A stretch of DNA of 64,000 bases from an uncultured Phycisphaeraceae bacterium (GCA_964615815.1 CAZTQV010000013.1:50359-114358), one strand, 5' to 3'. Numbered from the stretch's first letter, positions 47,612 to 58,985 are shown. Made by a program: numbers and translations. Notes: a model not told the origin generated them from the letters alone.

Positions 47612-48787
47612 TTAGGGGCTCGTGGTGAGATCCACGAACTTCCGTCGGCGGATGTGGGCGGCGCCGAGTTGGCCGCAGGCGCCCATCATGGCGCGGCCCT
47701 TGGTGCGGCGGCGTTTGACGAAGATGCCGTCCTCGGTGAGCCAGCGCATGAAGTCGTCGACCGACTCCTCGGTGGGGGCGGGCCAGGGGGAGTCGCGCCT
47801 CGGGTTGTAGGGGATCAGGTTCACGAGGCCCTTGGGCGAGCGGACGCCCGGGATGCCCTTGAAGGGCTCGAGGTAGTCGGCGAGCTGGCGGGCGTGCTCG
47901 CGCTGGTCGTTGACGCCCGGGATGAGGACATACTCGAAGCAGATCTTGCGGCTGCCCGACCGCTCGAGCCCCAGCAGCGCCTCCCGCAGCGCCGCCATCG
48001 GCATCGCGCGGTTGACGGGCATGAGCTCGTCGCGGACCTCGTCGTTCGGGGCGTTGATGGAGATCGCGAGGCCCAGCCTTCGCCAGCCCTCGCGTTTCAC
48101 GACCTCATCGAGCTTGCGGAGCCCGTCGATGCGCCCGACGGTCGAGACGGTGATGCGGGACATCGCCACCCCGCCCCCGTTGTGATCCGCCAGCACCCCG
48201 ATCGCCCGGATGACCTCGTCGATGTTGTCCATGGGCTCGCCCATGCCCATGAAGACGATGTTGTCGATGTTCGCCCCGAGCTGGTGCGTCGCCGCCCACC
48301 ACTGGCCCACGATCTCCTCGGCCCGCAGCGAGCGGATCAGCCCCATCTGCGCTGTCTCGCAGAACTGGCAGTTCATCGCGCACCCCACCTGGCTCGAGAC
48401 GCACAGCGTGTGCGTCCGCGTGCCGGTGCGGCCGACCATCGGGATCACCACGCTCTCGATGTCGAGGTGCTGGACGCGCTGGTCCTTCGCGAGGACGCCC
48501 AGCGGGTGGGCGTCGGCGGCGCGGGGCGTGGGGCGCGTGGGGGCGGTCCAGTCGGGGCCGGGCATGCCGTCGAGGCGCTGGACGAACTTGGTCGTGATGC
48601 CCTCCGGCACCTCCTCGTCGAGGCGGTCGACGATCGGCGCGATCTTCGTGCGAGCGATGATGCGGCCCCGGTCGGCGGCGGCCTCGGTCTTGCCCTCGCG
48701 GAAGATCTCCTGGTAGGCGCGGCGGGCCTGGCCGGGCCCCGCGCCGAGGCGTTCTTGCGCGGCGCGGGTGAACTCGGCGAGGGTCAT
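47612..48787 (-). CDS. rlmN: 23S rRNA/tRNA m2A methyltransferase RlmN (radical SAM).
   Basis: Radical-SAM CxxxCxxC in SSQVGCAMNCQFCETAQMG. RlmN blocks VSTVG, GVNLIPYNP and the C-terminal Cys. Start set at MTLAEFTRAAQERLG; the track ORF extends to 48913. Confidence 0.85.
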   Translation of the reverse strand: MTLAEFTRAAQERLGAGPGQARRAYQEIFREGKTEAAADRGRIIARTKIAPIVDRLDEEVPEGITTKFVQRLDGMPGPDWTAPTRPTPRAADAHPLGVLAKDQRVQHLDIESVVIPMVGRTGTRTHTLCVSSQVGCAMNCQFCETAQMGLIRSLRAEEIVGQWWAATHQLGANIDNIVFMGMGEPMDNIDEVIRAIGVLADHNGGGVAMSRITVSTVGRIDGLRKLDEVVKREGWRRLGLAISINAPNDEVRDELMPVNRAMPMAALREALLGLERSGSRKICFEYVLIPGVNDQREHARQLADYLEPFKGIPGVRSPKGLVNLIPYNPRRDSPWPAPTEESVDDFMRWLTEDGIFVKRRRTKGRAMMGACGQLGAAHIRRRKFVDLTTSP

Positions 48788-48884
48788 GCCGAGGGGGTCG
48801 ATGGGGGTGGTGGGGGTGGGGGGTGAGGATGGAGACGGGCCCGTGGTCACGGGGCGATGGTAGGGGGGGAGGGGGAGGGCACAT

Positions 48885-48917
48885 GGCCACATCGCAAAGG
48901 GCCAAAGGGTCAAATGG
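48885..48917. other. Second copy of the CCAAA-iterated motif (GGCCACATCGCAAAGGGCCAAAGGGTCAAATG), just upstream of rlmN.
   Basis: About 85% identical to 47565..47594 and in the same orientation. Confidence 0.4.
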
Positions 48918-49341
48918 AGCGGGGACGGGCCGGATCAGAGCCGCGATCGTGAGATCGCGGTCGGGCGGGCGGCGGCGGGGGGGAGACCGCGATCTCCCGC
49001 TGGCGGGGCGGAGTTGGGGGGGGTGGGGGGTCGGTTTCGGCGGCGGCGAAGGCGGGTTCGGTCGGCTCGGGGGCGTCGGCGACGCCCGCGAAGCGAAACT
49101 GGGCGAAGTCGGCCTCGGGGGCGATTTCGAGGGTGCCGGCGAGGGCGGCGGAGAGGTGGTCGGGGGCCGCGGTCAGGACGATCCAGGCGGCCCCGCCCGC
49201 GAGCGTGAGCACGGGGGCGACCGCGACGGCCCGCAGCACGACCCGGCGGTATCGCGGGGCGGCGTGGGCGAGGATCGGGACGAGGCCGAGGGCGAGAGCC
49301 GCGAGGCCGGAGAGGACGATGGCAAGATCGGGCGCGGGCAT
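48910..49341 (-). CDS. Hypothetical small membrane protein (weak call).
   Basis: N-terminal hydrophobic helices (LAIVLSGLAALALGLVPIL, VAPVLTLAGGAAWIVL). The C-terminal part overlaps the palindromic element, so the real extent is uncertain. Confidence 0.3.
   Translation of the reverse strand: MPAPDLAIVLSGLAALALGLVPILAHAAPRYRRVVLRAVAVAPVLTLAGGAAWIVLTAAPDHLSAALAGTLEIAPEADFAQFRFAGVADAPEPTEPAFAAAETDPPPPPTPPRQREIAVSPPPPPARPRSHDRGSDPARPRSI
48934..48995. repeat. Second copy of the 27-nt left arm ATCAGAGCCGCGATCGTGAGATCGCGG. Here it forms a different hairpin, GAGATCGCGGTC - 22-nt G-rich loop - GACCGCGATCTC.
   Basis: Read directly from the sequence. The arm is identical to 43944..43970. Confidence 0.55.
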
Positions 49342-49436
49342 AGCGCCTCCTGGCGTGGTTGAGGGCCGCTGGAGTGGACTGGGTCACCCGCGGCCGTCGG
49401 TGGGCCGGGGATGAAGCGTCGGGATGTATCGGACGC

Positions 49437-49955
49437 TCACGCGGGTGGGTTGAGGGGGTTTGATGAGGAAGTTGCGGAGACGAGTGGGGCGTTCCAGAGG
49501 GCTTTGAGCATCCGGACGCCCTCGTCATTTACGGAGAGCGAGCGTTTCGTCCCATCCGCTCGGCGAAACACTGTCGGGAGCAGTGCGCCGGTCGCATTGA
49601 CCGCGGGGCCAACGGGCCACCGGACTTCGCTGTCCTCGCGCGCGAACTCGATGTCGCTCGTCGGACGGATGAAGCGGACCACACCGGCGCGGGCCCAGAC
49701 CGAGCCGAGCGCGTGCGGACCCGCGCCGCCCTTGACCATCGTCACCGCGGATGCCACCACCATCAGGGTCACCAACGCCAGATCATCCCACGCCACCGAC
49801 GGGCCGCCGGTGGGACGCCACTGCAACGCGAAAAGAAACGCGGCCGCGACCAGCAGCAGGACGGCAAAGACAACACTGCCCCGCGACCCATGCCGCACCC
49901 GCGGCCAGATCAGCTCCCACTCGCCGGGCGCGAAGTTGTCCGGTTCCGTCGTCAT
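49437..49955 (-). CDS. Membrane protein with 2 TM helices plus a C-terminal PH-like domain (bPH_2 / YdbS-like architecture), paralog 2.
   Basis: VVFAVLLLVAAAFLFAL and LALVTLMVVASAVTMV helices followed by a ~90-aa soluble domain. Shares FGSVWA.RG and ALWNAP blocks with 49952..50557. Start and stop overlap (ATGA). Confidence 0.5.
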   Translation of the reverse strand: MTTEPDNFAPGEWELIWPRVRHGSRGSVVFAVLLLVAAAFLFALQWRPTGGPSVAWDDLALVTLMVVASAVTMVKGGAGPHALGSVWARAGVVRFIRPTSDIEFAREDSEVRWPVGPAVNATGALLPTVFRRADGTKRSLSVNDEGVRMLKALWNAPLVSATSSSNPLNPPA

Positions 49956-50557
49956 CGGTTCTGCGTACCGCTGCTGTACGGTGCGGTTGGTGCTGATGCC
50001 GGTGGGGCGTTCCAGAGGGCTTCGAGGCGGCGTGTGCCTCGTGCGTTGAGTTCAACGGTGCGTGTCTCGCCCGTCAAGATCGTGAAGCCCGGAGGAAGGG
50101 GGCGCCCGGAATCATGATCCATGATCGTGAACCTGTTCGGTTTCATCCCGAGCAGCAATCTGCGCATGCCCCGGTGGTCCTCGGCGTCCGCGTCAAAGTC
50201 GGCGTGCGTGTGCGCCCGCTCGAACAGGCTCTCGCCTTCAAATCCGAGAAATAGAACACGGCCGCGCGTCGCCCACACAGAGCCGAACACGCGGGGCGTC
50301 AGCCCCGAGCGCCACACGCCGAACACGATCAGCGAGACGAAGAGTCCGCCGAACACATTCTTCTCGAGCGAATCCGGCACGAGCTTCTTCAGGTCTCCCG
50401 TTGCCGCGAGCGACACGATGCCTGTGACCGCGATCGCCATTGTCACAAGAAGAAGGCAGAGCCACAGCTTCGAGCCGTGGCCCAGGCGGGGCGACATGAG
50501 CTGCCAGCCTTCGCAGCGGAGCTCGGCCTCGCGCTGCTTGAGCTGCCGGGGCGTCAC
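49952..50557 (-). CDS. Membrane protein with 2 TM helices plus a PH-like domain, paralog 1, immediately downstream of flotillin.
   Basis: LWLCLLLVTMAIAVTGIVSLAA and LFVSLIVFGVWRSGL helices. Shares conserved blocks with the paralog. Its start overlaps the flotillin stop. Confidence 0.5.
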   Translation of the reverse strand: MTPRQLKQREAELRCEGWQLMSPRLGHGSKLWLCLLLVTMAIAVTGIVSLAATGDLKKLVPDSLEKNVFGGLFVSLIVFGVWRSGLTPRVFGSVWATRGRVLFLGFEGESLFERAHTHADFDADAEDHRGMRRLLLGMKPNRFTIMDHDSGRPLPPGFTILTGETRTVELNARGTRRLEALWNAPPASAPTAPYSSGTQNR

Positions 50558-52194
50558 TCCTCTGGGTCCCGCGTCGTCATCGAATCCAGCATCGTCCCGA
50601 TCAGCGCCACCGTCTCCGCGTTGCCGGCAACACCGCCCCCGTTGCCGGCGCCGCCCGTCACCATCACCCGCGGCGTGATCTGGATCCCGCTGTCGCCCAC
50701 GATCCGCAGGAGTTCGACGAGGGCCGCGTTGCCCTTGCCGATCTGCTCGGCGATGAGCCGGTACGCGTCGGCCTGGGCCTGGGCCTCGATGGTGATCGCC
50801 TGGGCCTCGGCCTCGGCCTCGATGATCCGCCGCTGCTGCGATTGCTCGGCGATCTGCACCTCGTAGCTGGCGGTCGCGAGGCGCTTCTCTTCCTCGGCCT
50901 CCTGCTCGGTGCGGGTCAGCTCCTTGCGCTGCTCGGCCGCCTTCTGCTGCTCCTGGAAGGTGATCTGCTCCTGCACCGCGATCTCGCGGTCCCGCTGGGT
51001 CTTCAGGAGGTCGCCCAGGCTTTCCTCGTCGCCGACATCGCCGATGCGGACGGCAGAGATCTCGACGCCCACATCCGCCATCTCACGCCGGATCATCTCC
51101 AGCGACTGACTCTCCTGGATCGACCGCTGGTTCACATAGTCGAGCGCCTTCACCGCCTCGGCGTTGTTGCGGAACACCGCGCGGACGGTCGAGTTCAGCC
51201 GGTCGAGCAAAGGCGTCCCGTCCGAGCCGAGCTCGGCCACCACGATCGGCGCGTTCGCCGGCGAGATCTTGTACTCGATCCGCACATCGACGGGGAAGGT
51301 AAACCCGTCCGATGTCCGCACCGTGATCGCCCGCTGCTCGAAATCGGCTTCGACACCGTTCCGGGTATTCTGCGCCTGGGCGGCCGTGAAGCGGATGATC
51401 GTCGTCTTCGTCGAGATCGAGGTGATCTGGTACGCGCGGGTGTTGACGGGATACTTACCGGGCGGCAAGGGGTCGGCCCGCACGCCCTTCTCGCCGGGCC
51501 GGGCCAGCAGCACCGGCTGGTCGCCCTCGAGGACCGTCCGCTCCAGCGTCGGCTCCGTGCCGAAGTTGCTCTTCAAGACGGCCACCGTCGCCGAGTCCAC
51601 ATCGGTCGCGTCCACCATCTCGACATTGAAGAGCGCCGTGTTCACGCGGTACTTGCCGGGCGTCAGCACATTGCTCTGCGGCCCCTTGCGTCCCTTGCCT
51701 TCGCCGAGGAAGTGGTTCGCGTCCTCGAGCATCTTCTTGAACGCGTCCTTGTCCACCTCCGGCGCGAAGAGCTGCCCCGCATCCAACGGCAGGCCGTCCC
51801 GCGCCTCGACCAGCCCCACCTTGTCCGCCGGCACCTCGATCAGGTCCACCGTCGAGACTTCGTAGATCACCGGCCAGTACCCGAAGTGCCACCCCGGCGG
51901 CAGGATCTCCGCCTGCACGCCCATCTGGCCGTCGGTCGCAATGATCCGCCCGCCCGGCAGCCGGTCGCCGAGCGCGTTCTTCGTCACGATGCCCACCCGG
52001 TCCGCCGCGACATACACCAGCGACGAGAACGGCACGAAGGCCGCGATGACGACGACGCCCGCGAGGATCCCGGGAATCCTCAGCCCCGCCGGGGCCCGGA
52101 ACGACGCGATGATGAGCGTGAGGCCCAGGAAGACCCCGAGCAGCAGTACGGCGATGGTCATAGCTTCCCCCCTGCGGTACGGATATGCGGACAA
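50554..52194 (-). CDS. Flotillin-like SPFH/band-7 family membrane protein with a long coiled-coil (EA-repeat) C-terminal region.
   Basis: N-terminal TM segments, an SPFH domain, and a Glu/Ala/Gln-rich coiled-coil ([55 protein letters not shown]) typical of flotillins such as YqiK/FloT. Confidence 0.85.
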   Translation of the reverse strand: MSAYPYRRGEAMTIAVLLLGVFLGLTLIIASFRAPAGLRIPGILAGVVVIAAFVPFSSLVYVAADRVGIVTKNALGDRLPGGRIIATDGQMGVQAEILPPGWHFGYWPVIYEVSTVDLIEVPADKVGLVEARDGLPLDAGQLFAPEVDKDAFKKMLEDANHFLGEGKGRKGPQSNVLTPGKYRVNTALFNVEMVDATDVDSATVAVLKSNFGTEPTLERTVLEGDQPVLLARPGEKGVRADPLPPGKYPVNTRAYQITSISTKTTIIRFTAAQAQNTRNGVEADFEQRAITVRTSDGFTFPVDVRIEYKISPANAPIVVAELGSDGTPLLDRLNSTVRAVFRNNAEAVKALDYVNQRSIQESQSLEMIRREMADVGVEISAVRIGDVGDEESLGDLLKTQRDREIAVQEQITFQEQQKAAEQRKELTRTEQEAEEEKRLATASYEVQIAEQSQQRRIIEAEAEAQAITIEAQAQADAYRLIAEQIGKGNAALVELLRIVGDSGIQITPRVMVTGGAGNGGGVAGNAETVALIGTMLDSMTTRDPEE

Positions 52195-52289
52195 CTCCCG
52201 ACCGCATCATACGGGAAATCGGCCCCTTGATTTCAGGTGGCGCTACCATCCCGGCCCGCCCGGGACCGGGCGGCACCTGGAGCTCCGCG

Positions 52290-53711
<1,422 letters not shown>

Positions 53712-54794
53712 GTGGAGCGAGCGATGGCGAAGAAGCGGAGTCTCATCGTGCGCCTGCTGATCACGGGCGTCGTCGGCTTCGGGCTGATCGCCTTCGGCTT
53801 CGGCGCGGGCGCCGTGTTCGGCGGCGTCACGGTCATCAACCGCGGCCATGTGCCGTGGCTGTACGACTCCGCGGTGGCCTTGGGCCGGCAGGAAGCCCAG
53901 AAGCCCGAAGGACGGAACGCCGCGGTCCTGTACTGGAAGTTTTGGTTCCTCAACACCGAGTTCGATGACGACGTCCGCGAGCTCATGTTCCTGGAAGTAG
54001 ACCCCGCCGACCCGGCCCAGCCCGACGCGGCCACGCTCGCACGCCTGGAGTTGGGCTCGGTGCAATGGACGGTCGCGCAATTCATCGAATACTCCGGCTA
54101 CGAGCACTGCGACTTTGAGATCCAGATGGAACAGGGCTTCGAGGCGACCGCCCAGCATCTTGGGTTCATGCGGAACACTTTCCGCCTCCTCATGCTCGAC
54201 GCGTACCGCTGCGCGCTCGCTGGGGAGTCGGAGGCAGCCGTCGAGCGGCTCGTCGCGGGTCTCAATATCGGCCGCCAGCTCGAAGACGACGGTCTCCTGA
54301 TCTCCTCGCAAGTTTCGATGCGCATCGCGGGCGATGTCATCCGCTGGACGCAGCGGATCTATCGCGACGCCTCGCTCGACGAGGCCGACGCCCGCGTCCT
54401 TGCCGAGGCCATGCGGGCGCGGGCCGCGTCGGACTTCGCGACCCGTAGCGCCATCGAGGGCGAGAAGCTGATGGGCGCCGTCAACATCGCGCTGGTGTCG
54501 CGAAAGGACGAGGACACGCCCGCCGTAACAGAGTTTGGCCTCCTTTCTACCGGCCGGGGCGAAGAGCTCCACGCCGAGATGTCGCGATACTTCGACGCCG
54601 TGCTCGCCGTGTGGGACCGCCCCGACTGCGGAGAGGAACTCGCGAAGCTCACCGTCGCCGCAGAAGCGGGCGAGTACGGGACCGGGCCTCAGATACTGGC
54701 CGGGATCTACCTGAGTGCATGGACGCGGCTCGAGGAAACCAGACTCGCACTCAGCATCACCGCCGACGACCTCGAAGGCGCCGCGACGCCGTAA
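53712..54794 (+). CDS. Hypothetical membrane-anchored protein.
   Basis: N-terminal TM segment LIVRLLITGVVGFGLIAFGFGAGAVFGGV followed by a ~300-aa soluble domain with no recognisable signature. Confidence 0.45.
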   Translation: MERAMAKKRSLIVRLLITGVVGFGLIAFGFGAGAVFGGVTVINRGHVPWLYDSAVALGRQEAQKPEGRNAAVLYWKFWFLNTEFDDDVRELMFLEVDPADPAQPDAATLARLELGSVQWTVAQFIEYSGYEHCDFEIQMEQGFEATAQHLGFMRNTFRLLMLDAYRCALAGESEAAVERLVAGLNIGRQLEDDGLLISSQVSMRIAGDVIRWTQRIYRDASLDEADARVLAEAMRARAASDFATRSAIEGEKLMGAVNIALVSRKDEDTPAVTEFGLLSTGRGEELHAEMSRYFDAVLAVWDRPDCGEELAKLTVAAEAGEYGTGPQILAGIYLSAWTRLEETRLALSITADDLEGAATP

Positions 54795-54811
54795 CAACGG
54801 CCGCCGCAGCC

Positions 54812-56824
54812 TCAGTCCGTCGCCACCGCCGCCACCTTCGTCCCGCTCTCTCCCGGCGCCGTCAGCGTCACCGGCTCGCGTTCCGCGACCGGGATCGTCG
54901 GCTCGCGCACGAACAGGACGAACCCCCACAGGCACACCGCCATGAAGGCCGTGTACGCGCCGACCCAGCCCACGAGGCTCCGCACCTGCGGGTCGAGCTT
55001 CTCCAGCGGCTTGTTCGCCTTCTCCAGCAGGTTGATGACCTTCGGGCGGGCCAGGGTCCAGCCCTTCTGCGCGAAGACGACCGTCCACGCCCACACCCAC
55101 AGCGCCACCGGCGGCACCACCCAACGCGCGTAGCGGTACGCGACGATCAAGGGCCGCCACTTGCCCTTCACCTCGGGCCAGTCCGGGCGTGGCGGGATGA
55201 CGGGCCATTTCGGGGGCAGCCCCTCGGCGTGGGGCTTCTTCGCCTTCGCCGGCTTCGGCGCAGCCGCACCCGAACCGGTCGCCGAAGCCGCCTTCGCCGC
55301 TTCGGACGCGGGTGCCGCCCGAGGCGCCGGCGGGCGCATCCCGGCCGCCGGCGGCGGCAGCGTCTCGTGCTCGTCGAGCGGCGCGGGCTCCGGCGGCGGC
55401 GTCATGTCTTCCAGGAAACCATCGAGATCGTCGTGGTCCTCGTCCGCCGCGTGGATCACCCCGTCCAGCCCCTCGCTCGCGAGCCGCGCGAGCTCCTGAT
55501 CGAGGTCCTCGATCCCCCCCGGCTCCGCGTCTGCCGCCGCATCCTCAACACTCGCGACCGCCGCCGCCAGCTCCGCCTCGACCGATTCTTCGGCTTCGGG
55601 CTCAGGCTCGGCTTCCGGCTCGGGGTCCGGCTCGGCCGCCTGCGGCTCAGGGGCCGGCTCAGGCTCGGGTTCAGGAGCCGGCACAGGCTCGGCGTCGGCG
55701 ACCGGTTCCGGCCCCGTCTCCGGCTCTATCTCCGGCTCTGTCCCCGCCTCGGCTTCGCCAACGGGCTCGGCCTCCGGCTCCGGGTCTGCAGCCTCGACCT
55801 CGGCCGCCACCTCCGCCTCAGTGGCGTCCGCCTCGGGCTCCGCGCCGTCCGCTGGTGCCTCGTCGATCGCGTCCGCGTCGCCGTCATCGTCGACCGCCGC
55901 CATCTCCTCAGCAAACCGCGACGGCGGCAGGTCCGGCAGCTCCCGCCGCGCCTCGCTGTCGATATCCCGGATCGCCGAGGACAGCTCCGCCTGCAGGGCC
56001 GCGATCTCTTCGGGCGTCCGCACCGGCGGCGCATCCGCCGCGCCGGCACCCGGGCCCAGGTCCAGCCCCGCGAAGGGGTCGGCGTCGGCAGACTCGTCCG
56101 AAGAAGCGTCTGCTTCGGGCGTCGCATCATCCTGCGCCGCCCCACCCGTCAGCGCCGCGATCTCCGCATCCGACAGCACACCCTCGGGCTCCGCGTCGTC
56201 GACAGGCGAAGTGTCATCGACCGCGTCCCCCTCCGCGTCATCCTCACCCACACCGTTGTCGACTTCCCCGAGCTCCCCGACCCCCGACGCCGGCTCCGGT
56301 ACCGGCATATCCATCGCCGGCGCGCCGTCCGCCGCGGGATCGCCCCCCGTCATCGCCGCGAATTCCCCCGACTCCCCGCTCGCCTGCCCCCGCATCGCGT
56401 TCTCGAGATCGCGCGCCAGCCGGTCCGCGTCCGCGCTCGCCGAGGGCGTGCCCGCCCCCCAGTCATCGTCGTCGTCGTCCTCGAGCCACGCCGACTCCGG
56501 CTTCGCAGCGGCCTCGGCCACCGGCTCCGCGGCGCTTTCCACGCCCATCGGGACCGCCGCGTCGGACGGCGCCGGTGCCGGCTCATCCCCGCGCTCCGCC
56601 CGCGCCGCCGCGTCCTCCGCCGTCTCCCGCCGCTCGGCGTAGCTCGCCGTCCGGTTCGCCCGGCTGTCGACGCGCGCGACAGCCTTGTCTACCGCCGTGA
56701 GCAGCTGCTCGATCCTGCGGTCGAAGTCAATCTCCGGCCGCGCATTGGAAGATCCGCGATTCGGCATCTCCAAGGGATCATCGGTACGGGGCAGGACCCA
56801 CTCAAGCTTCTCGGGCGTTTGCAC
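54812..56824 (-). CDS. Highly acidic Ala/Glu/Asp/Pro-rich low-complexity protein with C-terminal transmembrane helices.
   Basis: Long tracts such as EAEPEPEAEPVGEAEAGTEPEIEPETGPEPVADAEPVPAPEPEPEPAPEP. Two C-terminal hydrophobic helices (WVVPPVALWVWAWTVVF, LVGWVGAYTAFMAVCLWGFVLFV). Confidence 0.55.
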   Translation of the reverse strand: MQTPEKLEWVLPRTDDPLEMPNRGSSNARPEIDFDRRIEQLLTAVDKAVARVDSRANRTASYAERRETAEDAAARAERGDEPAPAPSDAAVPMGVESAAEPVAEAAAKPESAWLEDDDDDDWGAGTPSASADADRLARDLENAMRGQASGESGEFAAMTGGDPAADGAPAMDMPVPEPASGVGELGEVDNGVGEDDAEGDAVDDTSPVDDAEPEGVLSDAEIAALTGGAAQDDATPEADASSDESADADPFAGLDLGPGAGAADAPPVRTPEEIAALQAELSSAIRDIDSEARRELPDLPPSRFAEEMAAVDDDGDADAIDEAPADGAEPEADATEAEVAAEVEAADPEPEAEPVGEAEAGTEPEIEPETGPEPVADAEPVPAPEPEPEPAPEPQAAEPDPEPEAEPEPEAEESVEAELAAAVASVEDAAADAEPGGIEDLDQELARLASEGLDGVIHAADEDHDDLDGFLEDMTPPPEPAPLDEHETLPPPAAGMRPPAPRAAPASEAAKAASATGSGAAAPKPAKAKKPHAEGLPPKWPVIPPRPDWPEVKGKWRPLIVAYRYARWVVPPVALWVWAWTVVFAQKGWTLARPKVINLLEKANKPLEKLDPQVRSLVGWVGAYTAFMAVCLWGFVLFVREPTIPVAEREPVTLTAPGESGTKVAAVATD

Positions 56825-56958
56825 CCAAGAACCCGCCCAAACGGCACTTACGACCCCCCGATCGGGGCAATCGCCGGGCCCCGGTTCAGGCGTGGTCCGA
56901 TCCGCCCACGCCCACGCGAAACCTCAGATAGGGTGGTACCTTCCCCCGGGCCCACAAC

Positions 56959-57696
56959 ATGCACCGCATCCTCATCGATCCCGATACCCTCGCCGCCCTC
57001 CAGGCCGGAACCCTCGCCGAGATCGAGGGCGACGAGGCCCAGCACGCCGTCCGCGTGAAGCGGGTCCGCCCGGGCGAGCCCGTCGAGCTCATGGACGGCG
57101 CCGGCCGCCGCGCGCCGGGTGAGGTCGCGGAGGCCATCGCCGAGCGCCGCGAAACCCGCCTCGTCGTTCGTATCCAAGAGGTCATCACCGAACCCCCCCT
57201 CACGCCCCGCGTCGAGGTCTGGTCCGCCGCCCCCAAGGGCGACCGCCTCGAAGCCATGGTCGACGAACTCAGCCAGATCGGCGTCGCCGCCTGGGTCCCC
57301 GTCGAGAGCGCCCTCACCGCCCGCGAGCTCACCCCCAAGCGCGCCGAACGCCTCCACCGCGTCTGCCGCGAAAGCCTCAAGCAGTGCGCCCGCGCCTGGA
57401 CCATGCAGATCGGCGACCCCGTCGTAGCCGGCGCCGCGTGGACCGACCCCGACGCCCGCGTCCTCGTCGCCGACGCCTCGGGAAAGCCCTTCGACCCCGG
57501 CATGATCACCGGCGCCACGACCATCCGCCTCGTCGTCGGCCCCGAGGGCGGCTGGACCCAGGACGAACTCGCCCAGGCCCGCGCCGCGGGCGCTGCCACG
57601 GTTTCCCTCGGGCCCCACATCATGCGCATCGGCACCGCAGCGGTGGCCGGGGCCGCCGTCATCATCGCCGCGGGCCCCCGCACCCCGCGCCAATGA
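56959..57696 (+). CDS. rsmE: 16S rRNA (uracil1498-N3)-methyltransferase RsmE.
   Basis: PUA-like N-terminus and SPOUT C-terminus (LVVGPEGGWTQDEL, LGPHIMRIGTAAV). Confidence 0.85.
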   Translation: MHRILIDPDTLAALQAGTLAEIEGDEAQHAVRVKRVRPGEPVELMDGAGRRAPGEVAEAIAERRETRLVVRIQEVITEPPLTPRVEVWSAAPKGDRLEAMVDELSQIGVAAWVPVESALTARELTPKRAERLHRVCRESLKQCARAWTMQIGDPVVAGAAWTDPDARVLVADASGKPFDPGMITGATTIRLVVGPEGGWTQDELAQARAAGAATVSLGPHIMRIGTAAVAGAAVIIAAGPRTPRQ

Positions 57697-57703
57697 TCCA
57701 CGC

Positions 57704-58915
57704 ATGAACACCCTGAAGACCCTCGTCGCCGCGGCCCTCCTCACCGCAAGCGTGTGCGTCTCCCCGGCAAACGCCCTCGACCCCGACTCCCGCCAACTCG
57801 CACGCGAGACCATCGACAAGGCCATCGACTACCTCCGCTCCCAGCAGGACGCCCAAACCGGCGGCTGGGCCGTCAACCCGCAGGGCCCCACCTTCCCCGC
57901 CATCAGCTCCCTCGCCCTCACCGGCATGCTGCTCGACCCGCGCATCGACCCCACCGACCCCGATGTTCGCCGAGGCATCGACTTCGTCCTTAGCTACCGC
58001 CAGCCCGACGGCGGCATCTACGACCAGGTCCTCCCCTCGTACAACACCGCCATCTCCATCAGCATGCTCAGCATGGTCCACGAGCCCGACGCCGCCTCCG
58101 CCATCCAAAGCGGTATCGGCCTGCTCCGCCGCGTGCAGTGGGGGGCCTACGACCTCGACAACGAAACCATGCCCGAAGCCCCCGACTGGGAAGAACCCAT
58201 CGACGAGTCCCACCCCTTCTACGGCGGCATCGGCTACGGCAACAACGGCCGCCCCGACATGAGCAACACCCAGTTCTTCCTCCAGGCCTTCGAGGACGCC
58301 GGCGTCAGCTCCGAGGACCCCGCCGTCCAGCGCGCCCTCGTCTTCCTCCGCCGCACACAGATGCACGGCGAGATCAACGAGCGCGACTACGCCGAAGGCA
58401 GCCGCCAGGGCGGCTTCATCTACGCGACCGTCCCCAACGCCGAGAGCGTCGACCAGTTCCAGGGCCAGAGCCAGGCCGGCACCATGGTCGAGACCCTCGC
58501 CGACGGCCGCGAAGCCGTCCGCCTCCGCGCCTACGGCAGCATGACCTACGCCGGCTTCAAGAGCCTCATCTACGCGGACCTCGCCGCCGACGACCCGAGG
58601 CTGGAAGCCGCGCTCGGCTGGATCCGCGAGCACTTCACGCTGGAAGAAAACCCGGGCCTGGGCGACCAGGGCCTCTACTACATGTACCTCACGCTGGGCC
58701 GCGCCCTCGACGCCTGGGGCGAGAGCGAGCTCGAGCTCGCCGCTCCTCCGGGCCAGGCCCGCTCCGTCCGCTGGCGCGAGGCCCTCATCGCCAAGCTCGC
58801 CGAACTCCAGGAAGACGACGGGAGCTTCGCCGTCCGCTCTCCCCGTTGGATGGAAGACAACGAGGTGCTCATCACCTCGTACGCCCTCATCGCCCTCCAG
58901 CACGCCGCCCGCTGA
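57704..58915 (+). CDS. Secreted prenyltransferase/squalene-oxidase-repeat (terpenoid cyclase-like alpha/alpha toroid) protein.
   Basis: Signal peptide MNTLKTLVAAALLTASVCVSPANA. Repeated QxxDGGW/F-type motifs (QQDAQTGGWA, RQPDGGIY, QEDDGSFA). Confidence 0.65.
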   Translation: MNTLKTLVAAALLTASVCVSPANALDPDSRQLARETIDKAIDYLRSQQDAQTGGWAVNPQGPTFPAISSLALTGMLLDPRIDPTDPDVRRGIDFVLSYRQPDGGIYDQVLPSYNTAISISMLSMVHEPDAASAIQSGIGLLRRVQWGAYDLDNETMPEAPDWEEPIDESHPFYGGIGYGNNGRPDMSNTQFFLQAFEDAGVSSEDPAVQRALVFLRRTQMHGEINERDYAEGSRQGGFIYATVPNAESVDQFQGQSQAGTMVETLADGREAVRLRAYGSMTYAGFKSLIYADLAADDPRLEAALGWIREHFTLEENPGLGDQGLYYMYLTLGRALDAWGESELELAAPPGQARSVRWREALIAKLAELQEDDGSFAVRSPRWMEDNEVLITSYALIALQHAAR

Positions 58916-58985
58916 TTCAGCTCCGCCCCACCCCCCCACCCCCCCACCGCCCCGCCTCACACGCTGACGACACAAGGATCAGAAC

